Assembly: GCF_011386835.1 (NCBI RefSeq)
Contig: NC_088803.1
Span: 11,842,001-11,906,000 of the forward strand
Origin: Chrysemys picta bellii
Lineage: Eukaryota
Direction: 5' to 3'
DNA: 64,000 nucleotides
Made by a program: the position numbers and the translations under genes. Position 1 is the first letter of the stretch, and every line of letters starts with the position of its first letter. The notes under the pieces are model-generated. The model searched no databases. It was not told where the DNA came from and worked only from the letters and a program-made list of their open reading frames with translations. Positions 47,753 through 61,500 of the stretch are shown in pieces.

Positions 47753-50700
47753 GCAGCATGCTGCTTATGGCATGTAAGGCCAGAATGTTTAGAGACCCTT
47801 TTTATTGATACAAGCTGAGAGCTGAAAAGACTGAGAGAACCAGATGTCTCTCTTCAGGAGCATCAATAAATAATCTCCTTTCTGTTCTCTATATCCAAAC
47901 TCTGTCTGTTCTCTACCCACAGGGAACGCTAGCAAGACCAGGGAAAAGACATGGCTGAGGGGGGAAATTTCAATAAGGATTGGAAGATCCCAGGAATTCA
48001 AGAGGTGTTCAAACCTGGTGTTCCAATTCCCATCAGTCTCTGGTGTCTGTCATCTGGAGAGGTTGGGAAATTGGGACACAGACTGTTCAGTCAGTTCCCC
48101 CAAGAGAATGGGTAGGAGAGCACTCTCCTGGTACAAGGCAGGAGAGAGCACTGGAATGACCCACAAGGGCAATGATTCTTCATGAGCCCTAAGGAAGCTA
48201 AAAGATCATTTCCATTTTCTGTGGGCCAAGTCTTGGGGACATTCATTATTTTGTACTTATGCAAATTCCACTATAGCCGTCTTGAATAACAGCTGAATAA
48301 AAATTGAGTTAGGAGTTGTGTACCTTTCCGGTCAGCATGGATTTCATTCCAGAAGGCAATTTAAAAAAGCCAGCCATTGATATTTTACATTGAAAATTTC
48401 AGTTGTAAGAATACCACATTGTCTGATACGAAAATGGCTAGCATGAATAATTTTGACCAGGTCTAATGGCTGAACAGTTAGGGTTCATAGATGTTGTAAA
48501 GATGGAGTACATGGAAAAAAAAATATCATGGAAGTAGTATAGGTAAATAGACCACTGACACAGTTAGACTTTATTGTTAAGGAAAGTGGTTCTTTAATCC
48601 AGTGGTCCACCTAGCACTCCCGCTAATCAACACTATTCCTACTACAGAAGACTTTTTCTCCAGCAAATCTCAATACACACACACACAATCTCTTCTATGC
48701 ACCATGTGCAGCTACATTTTGTCTTACTCCTTCCCAGCTACTACACAGCCCCTTTGGCTGGTGATTCTTACCCACATGCTCATGGTCTAACTGATTGCCA
48801 TATTTGGGGATGGGAAAGAATTTCCCCTGGGTCAGATTGGCAGAGACCATGGGGGATTTTCACTTACCTTTGTAGCACTGGGCATGGGTCTGGTTTGAAC
48901 TAATGTAAGTGGTGAATCCTCTGTAACTTGAAGTCTTTAAATCAAGATTTGAGGACTTCTGTAGCTCAGCCAGATGCTCTCGGCCTGCTACAAGAGTGGA
49001 TGGGTGAGGGTCTGTGGCCCATAATGTATACAAGGTCAGACTAGGTGATCATGATGAACCCTTCTGCCCGTGGAGTCTATAAGGCTATTTTTATGTTCCC
49101 CATATGTAAATTTCTGTGTGATTAGATGTGTGGATAAGTTTATTTTAATCCTTTTTTTATAACTATTTTTGTGTCACCCTGGACCCTTAAAGAAGGTTTG
49201 TGAACCAGACCGAGTGGTTACAGCAGAGGTACTCATGACTAAAGATCTCTTTCTTAGAAACTGGTTCCCCCCCCATGAAAACTTTGGGGAACCCCAAGCT
49301 CAGAGGATTGGTATGAAGAGCTTTGCATCTTTATGGTCATTTTCTTGAATCCAGCACAGATTGGTAGCATTAATTGTGCTACTAAGCTGTAAGATGTTGA
49401 GGAGTTTGGTCTATGTGGGAAAAAAAAGAGGATTGTACATTTGAGTATAGAAATGTGATGAAATTCAGACTTCTGGGAAAACATTTTTTTTAATCTTAAT
49501 TCTCTTTGTCCTTGAGTGTCCATTATTTTGGGGAAATTCTAAGGCCTGTCTTAAAAAGGCGGTCAAACTAGCTGATCACAATAACTTTGAGATCTAAGAA
49601 TCTATGACTGTGTGCATTTTATTCAGGACTGGATAAACACATAGGCACCGTAGGCCTATGCCAAGGGTCCAAACTCCTGGAGTCATGTGATTACATCAGA
49701 ATATCAGCTTTATGTTTGTTTGTTTTTTGTTTTTATTTCCTAGCCCCTTGTGCTGGAAATGCTTAGAAAAATAACCTCATTGTAACCAGTGCTGCAGCCT
49801 CTGCAGAGAAACTGGAACAATAGGTCTGAGAATGGGGACTGTGTCCCTGGTATACCAGACACGGTGCCGTCTTTCTGCATCTACAGAGAACCTGAGTGAA
49901 TAGTTTGGAGAGGGAGAACTGCCCTGTATCTCTCAATGGGATGTTATCTCCAAGTCACACTGGTTTGAGACCCCCACTGTTAGAGGGATTTCCCTTCACC
50001 CCCTCCCTTAGTTCTTGTCATGCAGACAGAAAGCAGAAGACCAGAGGTCCGAAGTGCAGGCAATGGGATGTTTATTTGGTTAGTTTCAAGCAAGCATATC
50101 CATAGCTCTGATGCTGCAGAGCCTTTACCAGTGTCCCTGTTCCCTATTCCTACCCTAAATTGATCTTAAATATCAATAAAAATCTGAGGCCTATGCCTTA
50201 AGCTCTCGTGAAAACTCTCAGCTTTGATATTTCTGCCTCTCAGCTCCCCTTCCTGAAAATGAAGATAATATTATTTCCTGAGCTCAGAGGGTGTTGGGAA
50301 GAGAAATTCATTAATATATTGCTAGTGCTCAAATGATACCATGTCAAGAGATAGAAAAGTATTTTGTCAGTAATTTTTAAAATGATCCACCCAACTTTCA
50401 TTGACTTTTTGTAATATTTCGGTCCTTAATTCACTAAAGTTCTATTGAAAATCTCATCCTAGATAGATTGATTTTGATGCCAAAGCTGCCTTTGACTTCA
50501 CTGTAAACAGATTAGGCCCTTGTAATCCAAGTTAAACTAAGTCCTAATACAATTGGAGCTGTTCTTTTGGAAGGCATCTTTTTCTAGTCTGGCAGCCAAT
50601 TTAACCAAATTTTCCTTGTAGTTGTAATACAAAGCCCATCTACTCAGCCAAATTGGACAATTACAGAATCTATCCAGCCACGTGTGATACCACTGATTTA

Positions 50701-50787
50701 TAAAAAGGTGGCAGATTGGGATTTTAGCCTCAATTATTCCATACTCCATCAGTCTGAGAATTAACATATATGATTTATTTATTGGAT

Positions 50788-51480
50788 TGGGGAAAGGCAA
50801 ACATGGTACCCATCTTTGAAAAGGAGAGCAAAGAAGATGTGGTGAATTACAGACCAACTTTGGTACCTGGAAAGATACTGGAACACATTATTAATCAATT
50901 ATTATTGACCAGGGTTATCAGTTTTTGAATGATACCTCACAAGGTACAACTATTATTGCAGTAGTGTGTACGATGAGAATACAGGGGTGGCTAGGGTTAA
51001 AGTGGGTGCACAGCTGGTTGAAAGACTGTACTCAAAGAGCAGTTGTTAAATTGGGAGGACATGTCTAGTGTGGGAAAGATGGTGATTAATATGAGAATTG
51101 AAAGGTGGGTAAGAAACTGGTGAAAAGGGAGACTACAACGGGTCACACTGAAAGGTGAGCTGTCAGGCTGGAGGGAGGTTACTAGTGGAATTCCTCAGGG
51201 ATCAGTCATGGGGCCAATCTTATTTACAACATTCATTATGACCTTGGCACAAAAAGTGGAAGTGTGCTAATAAAATTTATGTATGACACAAAGTTGGGAG
51301 GTATTGCCAGTACAGAGGAGGACCGGAATATCATACAAAAAGATTGGATGACCTTGAAAACCGGAATAATAGAAATGGGGATGAAAGAACAAGAAGAAAT
51401 TTTCCTATAAACTGCAGACATATCAGTTGGAAGCAACAGAGTAGGGGAAAGACCTAGGTTTATTGATTGATCATAGGATG
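50788..51480 (+). mobile_element. Decayed, internally deleted CR1 RT fragments
   Basis: KANMVPIFEK...NYRP...PGKILE and VTSGIPQGSVMGPILF...DTKLGG motifs. Confidence 0.8.
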
Positions 51481-52229
51481 ACTATGACCCCTTCTTATGA
51501 TGCAATCATGAATATAATGTATATATTTGTGGATGCATGGATGCATCCATTTATATAATTTTGGAATTCAATATATTTAAAGTGGCACAATCCCTTAGGG
51601 ACACATTTTTAAAGGTATTTACCCACCTAGTGAAGTTTTCAAAAACACCTAGACACCTAACATCCATTGAAAACAATGGGAATAAGGCATGTAATTGCTT
51701 ATGAAAATCCTACTAGGCAACAACATACTTTTAGAAATATGACCGATAGTGCAGATGTAGCAGTATTGGATAGAAAGATATTTATACTAATGTAATAGAT
51801 TCCCATGAATTAAGTATTACAATGTGTTAGATTTATTCAGGGCATGTTGTTGGGGCTGACCGCAAGTTACCTTGGCCTGTTGTTACAGAATGGTTCGCGG
51901 GGAGCTTGTAGTGAACTGGCTTTGACCAGCTCGAAACCACTTGACTGGATAAACAAGTAAAGAGATAAGGAGGGCCTGAAAGTGTTAAGTGTGGAAATAG
52001 AAAGCAATAGTGTTTCTTGCCAGATCCTGCTTGTGGATGTATACGCCCTCCTTAGAAAGAGATGATGATAAAAAACGGCTATGAGAATTGCTTTAGATGA
52101 ACAGTCTCACCTACGGACCTAGGCCTTGTGGGTGCCCAGGAATTCCTCATGCTGGAGCAGCGCCTGCTATGAGCTCTCAAGGACATGTCTGGAGGGTCCG
52201 GGACTGTCCGTAGCAGAAGGGATGTAAGC

Positions 52230-52642
52230 ATCACTTTTTACTTGTTAATTAACCCAGAGTATGCATTAATACCGGGGGGGGAGGGGGGGGAGGGCAGCTG
52301 TGCATATCTCTCTATCGTGTTATAGAGGGAGAACAATTTATGAGTTTACCCATATAAGCTTTATACAGGGTAAAACAGATTTATTTGGGGTTTGGACCCC
52401 ATTGGGAGTTGGCCATCTGAGTGTTAAAGACAGGAACACTTCTGTAAGCTGTTTTCAGTTAAGTCTGCAGCTTTGGGCATGTGGTTCAAACTCTGGGTTT
52501 GTGTTGGAGCAGACTGGCATGTCTGGCTCAACAAGACAAGGTGCTGGAGTCCCAAGCTGGCAGAGGGAAGGCAGGGGCAGAAGTAGTCTTGACACATCAG
52601 TTGGCAGTTCCCAAGGGGGTTTCTGTGATCCAACCCGTCACA
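52230..52642 (+). mobile_element. 3' half of an LTR of the same family as 17948-19148
   Basis: Colinear with ~18758-19148 and shares the terminus CTGTGATCCAACCCGTCACA. Confidence 0.85.
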
Positions 52643-52840
52643 ACTATTTCACTAGGAGGGTGGGGAAGCACTGGAATGGGTTACATAGGGAGGTGGTGGA
52701 ATCTCCATCCTTAGAGGTTTTCAAGCCCTGGCTGGGATGATTTAGTTGGTGTTGGTCCTGCTTTGTGCCGGGGGTTGGACTAGATGACCTCCTGAGGTCT
52801 CTTCCCTCCCTACTCTTCTATGATTATATGATTCTATGAT
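52643..52840 (+). mobile_element. CR1 3' fragment
   Basis: GGAATCTCCATCCTTAGAGGTTTT...GGACTAGATGACCTCC...TTCTATGAT tail. Confidence 0.88.
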
Positions 52841-53149
52841 CAGTACGCACTACTCAGGGAGAATAGGAGTTGCAGAACAGGGAATATGCATGGTTTCATT
52901 AGGTGTGTTCATTTGAGGAAAGTACTCAATGTCTTTATGGAAAATGAAAAACATACTCAGTGCATGAGATCCCAATATTTCAATCTTTGGGATTATTGTA
53001 ATCCCAAAACAAAATACTAGAAAACACCTTGCCAACAGGGGGTTGTTTTCCCACCTGAAGTTCTGAACCTAATGTGGCAACTAGGGAGGAAGTCCCATAG
53101 GTTCTGGAAGCAAGCAGAAATACTCATCTATGAAGCCAGGGCTCATTGT

Positions 53150-53750
53150 TCAGAGGTCGGTGGCGTCAATTGGCATGTACGTATGTTCTCTCCTTATGCT
53201 GGCCCAGCCCTGCTCAGATAGTTGGTTCAGCCAGCCTCGACAGTACTACCCGTAAAGACCACAGACTCAATTCAGTGGCGAAGGTTTATTGTCGATGAAG
53301 CACGTTCCTAGTGCCCTGGCTCTGTTGCTACAGGTACACTAAGACATCTGTGCCGACAGCAATGGTACCAATTCAGTCAGCAGTGGGAGTCCTATGATTT
53401 CTCTTGTATACATTGATACAAACAACTTACATATTACACTTCTGACGTAGTTGGTTACCAACCCTACACCCTGTACCTGTTTGTTTGAACAAAACTTCTC
53501 TATTTGTTATTCTGTTATCCCATCCTTATTTTACTTGGGATCAGTGTGTTTTAAGGATTGTGTTTGTGCTGTTATTTGAGAACTTTATGTTCGGGTGGAT
53601 CTGTGCTAGCCTTCTGGCATGTGTTTACATGGATACCCAGTATCTAGTATTTCTGATGAGTGCCTGTGTTTTAGCAAAGCTAGCCATACCTTTTCTAATT
53701 TCATATACCAGACAGTAAAGTTATAAGCAAGCATCTGCTTTATGACAGGG
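53150..53750 (-). mobile_element. LTR-like element related to 8640-9418; boundaries approximate
   Basis: Shared sequence blocks, see 8640-9418. Confidence 0.5.
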
Positions 53751-54826
53751 CTTTTTTCTCCTAGGATGGCCTGGCTTTGCTGACTGTGGTTGAGTCCTCA
53801 GGTCTTGCACCAGGTCCTGTGCTCTCTACTACAGTCGGTGAGAAGGTTAGAGATAAATGTGACTTTTCAGGCTAGTGATGGAGCTCTAACTGTTCATAGT
53901 CCTGGCCCTTGAGTTTGGAGGGAAATTTTGACCACCCAACGGCCTCAGCCATGTTTAAAGCAGATTAACTCCCCAAGTGCGTGGGCTGTGTGATAGTCAG
54001 ATGTGCAGATCTGTTGATACAAAAGTGTATGAGGTTGCTATTAAGGTTTCTGCACTGGAGTGCAAGTTGAATATCGTATGGTTTGCTTCCAGGTATGTGT
54101 TGCAGATGGCAGTGAAAGCCTTATGGAGAGTTGGGTTGTGTTATTGACAGCATTATAGGCAATGAAAAGTTGTCAAGAAATGCAGGGGACTTTCCCCCTC
54201 AACTTCTAACTCCTATGCTTTATGATTTTGGTGGGTCAAGTGTGTCCTGACACAACATGAAATGTCACTAAACCTGTATTTTGTTTGTGTTTATTTTTAT
54301 TAGAGCTTATTTAGGTGCCTAAAAATCTGGCCTTAGGTGCTTTGGAAAATTCCATTAGGTAGCTATCTGTAAGTTTAGATATCTAAGTACCTTTTAAAAT
54401 TTAGCCTTTAGACTCCCAACTAAGTTCATTGGGATATGGGGATTCAGTCCGTTAAAAATCCCAGCCTTACTACATGACGATTCTGTCTGAAGTCAGTTGG
54501 CCTACTCCGAGTCAGGTAAGTGTAAGAGTGCCCATTATAACCCAGATCTGAAAGAATGTTATGACCCCTCCTAATCTAATGTAGACTGGGATTTTCAAAG
54601 AGGGCTAAGGGATTTAGATACCCAACTCCCACTGATTCTCATTAGGAAAAAAAAATCCCACATGTAGCTTTTAACTCGTAACAAGTTGTTATGATTATGA
54701 TTTATGTGAGTTGTTGTAATGTGGAGCAGCCCCGGTTATGGACCAGAATCCCATGCAAATGTTACCTTGGCAATGCAAAACTGTTATGATAGGTGAGCTT
54801 GATAGTGCTATGTACTATGAGGGTTG

Positions 54827-56395
54827 CCCAACACTTCCCATTGTAAGACCTGTGTTTGGTTCCTTTATAACGTGACAAAATGCAAATTATTTGGGCTGAA
54901 ATATTCCAGGTCAGGTGTCTGCCTCAGGCTGATTTCTTTTTAGAAAATTTCTGCTAAAATGGTTCAGACAAGGGAAACATACATGGTTTTGTCTGCATTA
55001 AAAATATTGCAGCCTCGTCTTTGAGAAGCTCTAGCACCTCTAGCTTTGGAGCCGGGACTTGAAATTTGACAGAGGAGGTGGCCTTTGTGTCAGAGATGTG
55101 TCTTTTGCCAACCCATAAAAATCTGCCCAAATATGTCCAAGTTATAACTTTGATCATCAGGAGTTCACACATCCACATAGAGACTTAGTGTTAGAAGCTA
55201 AATTCCCTGAAGATTCCTTCCACACTGAGCATGCTCCAGTGCAGGACTGAGTGGGACTTTTCCCTGCAATGGCAGCTCTGGGCTGCTGTGGGCTGCACCA
55301 GGTCCAGGGTCCAGGCACCTGAACTGAGAGAAGAGGTCTGTCTCTCCTGTGCTCTTAATGACCTTGAAGGCAGCATAGAGGAAGATGCTGCCTGATTCAA
55401 ATGCAGTGGAGAGAAGAGGCAGACATGGGTGGGGGCAGAGGGAGTAGATTGGGAGAAGGACCCTGGGGGAAAGGCAGAGACTGGAAGATGGAGGTGGAGT
55501 GGGGAGAGGGAAACTGGGTACTAGGGTGAAGTGGAGGCTGGGCAAGAAGATTGGGACTGGGAGCTGGGGGCAGACTGTGACTTGTTGGCAAGGAGACTAG
55601 GACTGGGTGCCAGAGAAGGAAGTGGGGTTTGGCCTGGGTGTCAGTTGTCAAGGGGGAGACTGAGATCAGATGAGGAGCTGCAGGGGATACTGGGACTTAT
55701 GGAGCAAGAAGACTGGGACTGATAACCAGTGGGATGGGGCGAAGGAGGTGAGGGAGGATGGGAGACAAATCTGATGAGGATCCTGGGTGAAGAGGCAGAA
55801 TTGACACTAGCTGTGCAAAGTGGGCAGGAGAAAGAGGGAGACATGGATATTGGATGAGGAGCCTGGGAAGGTAGATTGCACTAGGAACCAGCAGGGAAGG
55901 GGAATGTCATGGTGGTGGGGGGATGGAAGCCAGGGTGGGAGCGAGAAATGGATCAGGTAAAAAGCTGCGGGAGGGGGACTGGGCTGGGCTGGGCAAGGAG
56001 ACTGGGACTGGGAATGGTAGGTGAGACTGGGACTAGGACAGGGAATCTGGAAGTGTCAGACTAGGATTGCTGGGCATGGAGACTGGGATGAGAAGTCAGA
56101 AGGGAGGAGACTGAGACTGGTAAGGTGAGGAGGCTGGGACTGGGACAAGGAGCTGTGGGGGCAGACGAGAGAAACACGTCACAAGGGCAGGCTGGAGGGG
56201 ATGAGGCAGGAAGCTCAGGCTTCGGGGGTATGAGTATAGAAGTCTGTAGCCTGTAGAGGACTCTCCCCTCCAGCACCTGGAACCCAAGATTCCTGGGTCT
56301 CGTTGTTCCTCTGCTATCAGCAAATACCTTTGAAACTCCCTGGGAAAGCATCCCATGCCCCTGTAGTACTGGTCTACATAGATGCTAACAACCTT
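54827..56395. mobile_element. Old non-autonomous DNA transposon (hAT-like) with a purine-rich GAGACTGGGA low-complexity core
   Basis: Begins AGGGTTGCC, ends near ...AACAACCTTG (degenerate inverse). The interior is built of GAGACTGGGACTG-like units. Confidence 0.45.
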
Positions 56396-58514
56396 GTTTT
56401 AGTACCTTAATGACCAGCTATTTGATATTTTGTTTTATGCATATTGTTCAGTGTGGGGCCCCGTCCTCATTTACTGCACACTAGTCAAACCTCGCTCTGA
56501 AGAAATAATTTATTAATTTCTTCATGGACTTTTCTCTGGTATCTATCCCTGTACTGTCTGAGTGCTTCACAAACATTCATGAATTTGTTTTCAGAGCACC
56601 TGAGACCAGAGGGGAGGTTGTGTTAACTTAGATGGAATATAGGAGCCACATGTGTTAACATAACATAGCCACTGTCCAATATTAAATACCTTTAAACAAG
56701 GTTTGGGGTTTGGTACATAGAAACCTCGATCTGCTTAGTGCCATGGCAAACCTGCCATTAAAATCCTTTTAACCCTGGATTAAAGATGTGGGTGGGGGAA
56801 AGGAAAAACAGTTAAAGCATTTGAAATTTAGAGTATTAAGTAAGGTTTTCCTTTGAACAACATCCCTTGTTCCCTTCCCTTTAGTTGGAGAGTCTTTAAA
56901 AGGAAAAACCCTTGTATGACAGTCTTTATATGCTAATAACTATCCTTTAGGGGGGAAAGGAAAAGAAGTTACTTGAGGTGGGCTGGAGCTGTTGTTGTTA
57001 AAGTCTGATCCCATCTCCTACAAGACAAAACAAGACAAGCACACACAATAGGGGAGGGGAAAGAGCAGCAAAGATAGAAAATGCAGCTTCTGTCTCTGGT
57101 GTTGACTCTCACTTGCAACCTCACTGCTGGAAAAAAACAGGCACAGCACATGGTCTTATCAGCCACTCTGAGACCTGACAAGCTCGTGCCAGCATCAGGC
57201 TGTTTAGGAGATCGCTTTTAGTTGCCTTTCCAGTCACAGGCTTACAGCAGTGTTGGAGAACATGTAGTCTTGGGCAGCTAAGCCAAACTCTTATTAAATA
57301 GAAGGCAAAATAAGAGAGATGGGGAAAAATAAGGTGGGGAAGGAAAAGGATACACAGGGGCGAGGGGAGAAGAGAGAGAGACAAACTCTAGGTGGTGGTT
57401 GGGATTCAGCCAGCTGTGGTAGAAGTGGTGATGTCATTGGGTCCCTCTCTCTTGCCGGTCTCATCAGAACATTACTCAGACTCAGGATGATGCAGGCCCA
57501 AGTTCCAGGAGATGGTGGGGGTGGCAGTCATGATGGTGAAGCTCACGCCAATAGCCAATAGTTCTCCCCAAAGTCTCTTTCTTTAAGGGCCCCAAAAGGG
57601 AGTGATGAGTGAAACAGCCCATCCCCTCCTTTTTTTGTCCACCAGTTAGTCCTAATTACCGGCACACCAATTTTGGCTCCTTGATTTTCAGGCTCACAAT
57701 ATTCTTGTTTAGCAGGCATGATTTCAACACAGTCCATGAATTATGTCAGCAGGTCTTTTCGTTTGGGCTAATTCAGTCTTTCAGTCTCTTTTTTGCACCT
57801 TTTCCTATCCACATATGTTGCTAGAGGTTATTGTGATAGCTTATGAACGCTTGCTTGTTTTTAACAGCAGAGCTCACAGTTAGGATATGTGTGGCAGCCC
57901 GTTTATTTTAACAGGTATTATATTCTTTATTTTACAGATGTGGAACTGAGGCACAGAGAGATTCAGTCAAAATGTTGGCTGCCCAATTTGAGATGCCTAG
58001 AACCTGATTTTTCAAAGTGCTGAGCCCAGGACCCATTGACTTCAGTTGCAGCTGTGATTGCTCTGCACTTCTTCATATTAGATCTCAGGTCTCAGGTAAG
58101 GTTCCCAGAACATGTGGAACACACAGTTAGTGACCATCTGTGAAAAGTCTGTTTTAAATGACATGTTGAATGTAGTTCGCCAGGGTAACATTCAACTGCC
58201 GCAACTGCCTTAGACCATCCTTTCTCTTGCTGTAGTCCCCTGCCTCAATTGCTAAACACCTTCCACCTTCTGCAATAAATGAGGCAGGGATCCTGCAAAC
58301 TAGAGCTTCCTTCAGTACACAGCCATGATTCATTCCCCAGAGCACCATTCCACCTCTGCACTGAATGAGGCGGGGGTCTGGTGGAAAAAATAGTAGGTGA
58401 TTGTGTAATTAAAAGTGTCTAATAATGGATACATACAAGAGGGCTGAATTAAGGTTCCATGGGCAACTTTAACTCTAGCATTTTCTAACTTCTGAGTGCT
58501 TGACTTGCAATCTT

Positions 58515-61500
58515 CATCACCTTGATCAATCAGTCTTTCAGCCCTTATATATATTGCGCTGATCACACCACATCTTCCATTCTTCTTGTATCCTGGCCTT
58601 CCTTCTCCATGTGCGGCCATGTCTTTTCATGATAAAATCTTCCCATCTCTTTGGAGGTTGGCTGAGTGGTCGTTTCAGTTCCTATGGCTACCACTCAGTG
58701 ACAGCTGCAGTCCATCAATTGTAAGTGAGCCTTGTTATATGCCCAGGCCATAACATTTTATTATGCCTGATCTCAACAACGATGACCTGCACTACACTTT
58801 GCTGTCTGATCACTTCACTGGGGACTCAGTCATGGATGGAAATTCCCAGAATTCTTCTTTCCATCGCTCTCTGTATGACAGACAGTTGCCCCTCCTCTAT
58901 CTTTGTCAGCACCCATATTTTGCTGCTGTACAACCTTGCTGGCAGTTCTGTTGAGTTGAAAAGGCTGGCACATGTTGCCTTGTTGATTTTTCCTTGGAGG
59001 ACATCCTTGATAGAATTGAAAGCGCAACAACCTGCTTTCTTTCTTCGCGAGAGTTCACCTTCCTGATCATGGTGCCTGCTAATTTCTTGGCCCAAATAGA
59101 CATATTGCTCAACTTCTTCTATTTGTTCTCCCTTGTTTGTTATTTGGACTTTTGGCAAGGTATCTGACCACATAAATTTCATTTTGGAGCGGTTAATTTT
59201 CAGTCCGACTTGGCTGCTTTTTTTGTTGAGTTCTTGCAGCATTTCCTGTAGTTTGATAGTATTTTCTGCGATCCACCCAATATCGTCCATGAATCTGAGA
59301 TGGTTTAACTGCTCTCCGTTGATGTTGAGTCCACCCTTTCAATTCATCTGCTTGTAATGGCGCGCACTCACCGCTGCGCCGCCTCCTGCTGGTCAGTCTG
59401 GGAATTAGCCCTTTCCAGCTTCGGAGTGCCTCCTGCTGGCCAGTTTCTTTCCCTTGGTTACCAGCCCTGTTGTCTCCAGCACCTCTGGTCCCGTGTCTCT
59501 CCCAGACCCCGGTGTCCCTTACCTTGGGGTGCTACCGCACAGCAGTGCCCCCACACTCTGGGTCTCACCTCCTCAGGGGAACCACAACCCTTCTCTATAC
59601 CCATCTTCTCTCAGTGTCTACTGCCAGTCTTCATCTAGCCCCTTTACTCAGGGGCAAACTGCCGTCTGCAATGGCCACTCATCATTGGCTAGGGATTTGG
59701 ACCTGCTGCCTTTCCCTGGAGCCCCAGTACCTCCTTAGGCCTTTCTGCCAGGCCTCAGCCTGTGAGGTAGCCAGGCCCAAGCTCCCCAGCTCAGTCTGTC
59801 CCTTCCCCAGCACTGCTCTGTCGAAGGTACCCTGTCTTTCCCAGGCAGCTAGGTCCTTCTCACTCCAGGGCTGGAGTGAGACTCACTCGGCTCCCTACTC
59901 ACAGCCCTCTTATCAGGGCCAGCTGTGTCCTGATTGACCTAGCCACACCTATGGCCAACTACTCAGCCAGCCTTCCTCAGCTGCTTTCACTCCTTTTGTC
60001 CCAGGAGCAGGGTATATTGCTACATTGCCTCATTACCATTTCGAGGCAGGCTGTGAAGAGTTTCGCTGAAACCATGGCTCCTTGTTTCACACTTTTCTTA
60101 ACTTAGATGCAAAGCGGGGTATCAAATAAAGTTATATCTGTAATGCAGTCAGAATTTGCTTCCCTTAATAGTTTGATATAGTTTGTGTCGATGCCCTGCT
60201 CTGCAATTGCTTTCAACACTGCATCGATCTCTATGCTGTCGAATGCTTTTTCCTAGTCAATGAAGGAAATACGTAAAGATAATTTGTATTCCCTTGAGCA
60301 TTCCAATAGTTAGTTTATAGTGAAAATATGGTCCATTGTTCTGAAATTCTTTCAAAAGTCTGCCTGCTCTCTCAGCTGCTGCTCGTCCAGACTCTGCGAG
60401 AGTCGGTTTATTATTTTGGTAAGCAGATTGTAGACATGAGAGAGCAGGCATACTGGACAATAGTTCTTTAGATCTTCACAATCACCCTTCTTGTAAAGCA
60501 GAATGGTGTTGGACTCCTTCCAGCTAGATGGCATCTTCTGCATTTCCAAGTAACGGCTAAACCTCTGAGCAAGGGTTTCCCAGAGGTCTTGGCCTCCAGC
60601 TCTTATCATTTAGATTGTCAGTCTATCTTTACCTGGGGATTTTCCTTCCTTCGTTTGGTGAACTGCATGTTGAACTTCGCTGACAAGCACTGGGAGGTAC
60701 ATGCTCATTGGTCTGTTAAAGTGTTGGTACTCGGACATTTATCTGAGACGCAAACAATTCGGTGTAGAAATCTTTGCAGACCGCTTCCATTCCTGTTCTG
60801 TCAATTACTGGTTTTCCGTCCCTGTTCTTCAGTGCCATTATTGTTGACCCATACAGTGTCAATTCCCTTTTGCATTTTTTGAGGCGTCTGTGATCTTCAG
60901 CTGTCTTTAAGAGCCTTTCATTTTGGTACTTCTTGAAGTCCTCCTTTAGTCTTCTTCTTATCAACTTGCAAAGGAGGGAGTACTCAAGCTTGCACCATCA
61001 TTTTGCTTCTTTAGCAAGTACCGCATTTCCTCTGAGATTCTTTCCTTTGCTCTTTTCAGTCTTTCTTTCTTGGCTAATATTACTCATTACCTCAATTGAT
61101 CATTGCAGTTATCTATAAGACTCCAGTCTTCCTTGGAAATGTTCACTTTCAAGATTGCCTTGTCAAATATTTTTGGCCACTGTCTCTGATTTGCCATCTG
61201 TAGCGCTTTCTTTTCCACCTTTTCATTGAAGTTGAGCCTTACTCTGAGCAAGCAATGGTCACTACTGGTGTTTAATGATGGTACTACTGAGATGTGTTGT
61301 ACAATGCTCCACTTATCAATTAGAATATAGTCAATCTCATTTTTGTTCTTTGCATTGGGCATGATCCATGTCCACCTCCTCTTGGCCTTCTTCTTAAACC
61401 AGGTGTTACCAATGAACATTTCTTTCATCTCCACCAGAGTTGCCAGTCGCTCTCCTTGTGGATTCTGTTCACCGATGCCATACCTTCCAATGAACTTTTC

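Noticed and set aside
50500-50790. 106-aa minus-strand ORF (50537-50857)
   Set aside because: It partly overlaps CR1 sequence on the opposite strand and has no recognisable domain.
53860-54190. Minus-strand KAFTAICN resembling the OR motif KAFSTC
   Set aside because: No flanking TM5/TM6/TM7 pattern, so it is treated as a chance match. The segment remains unassigned.
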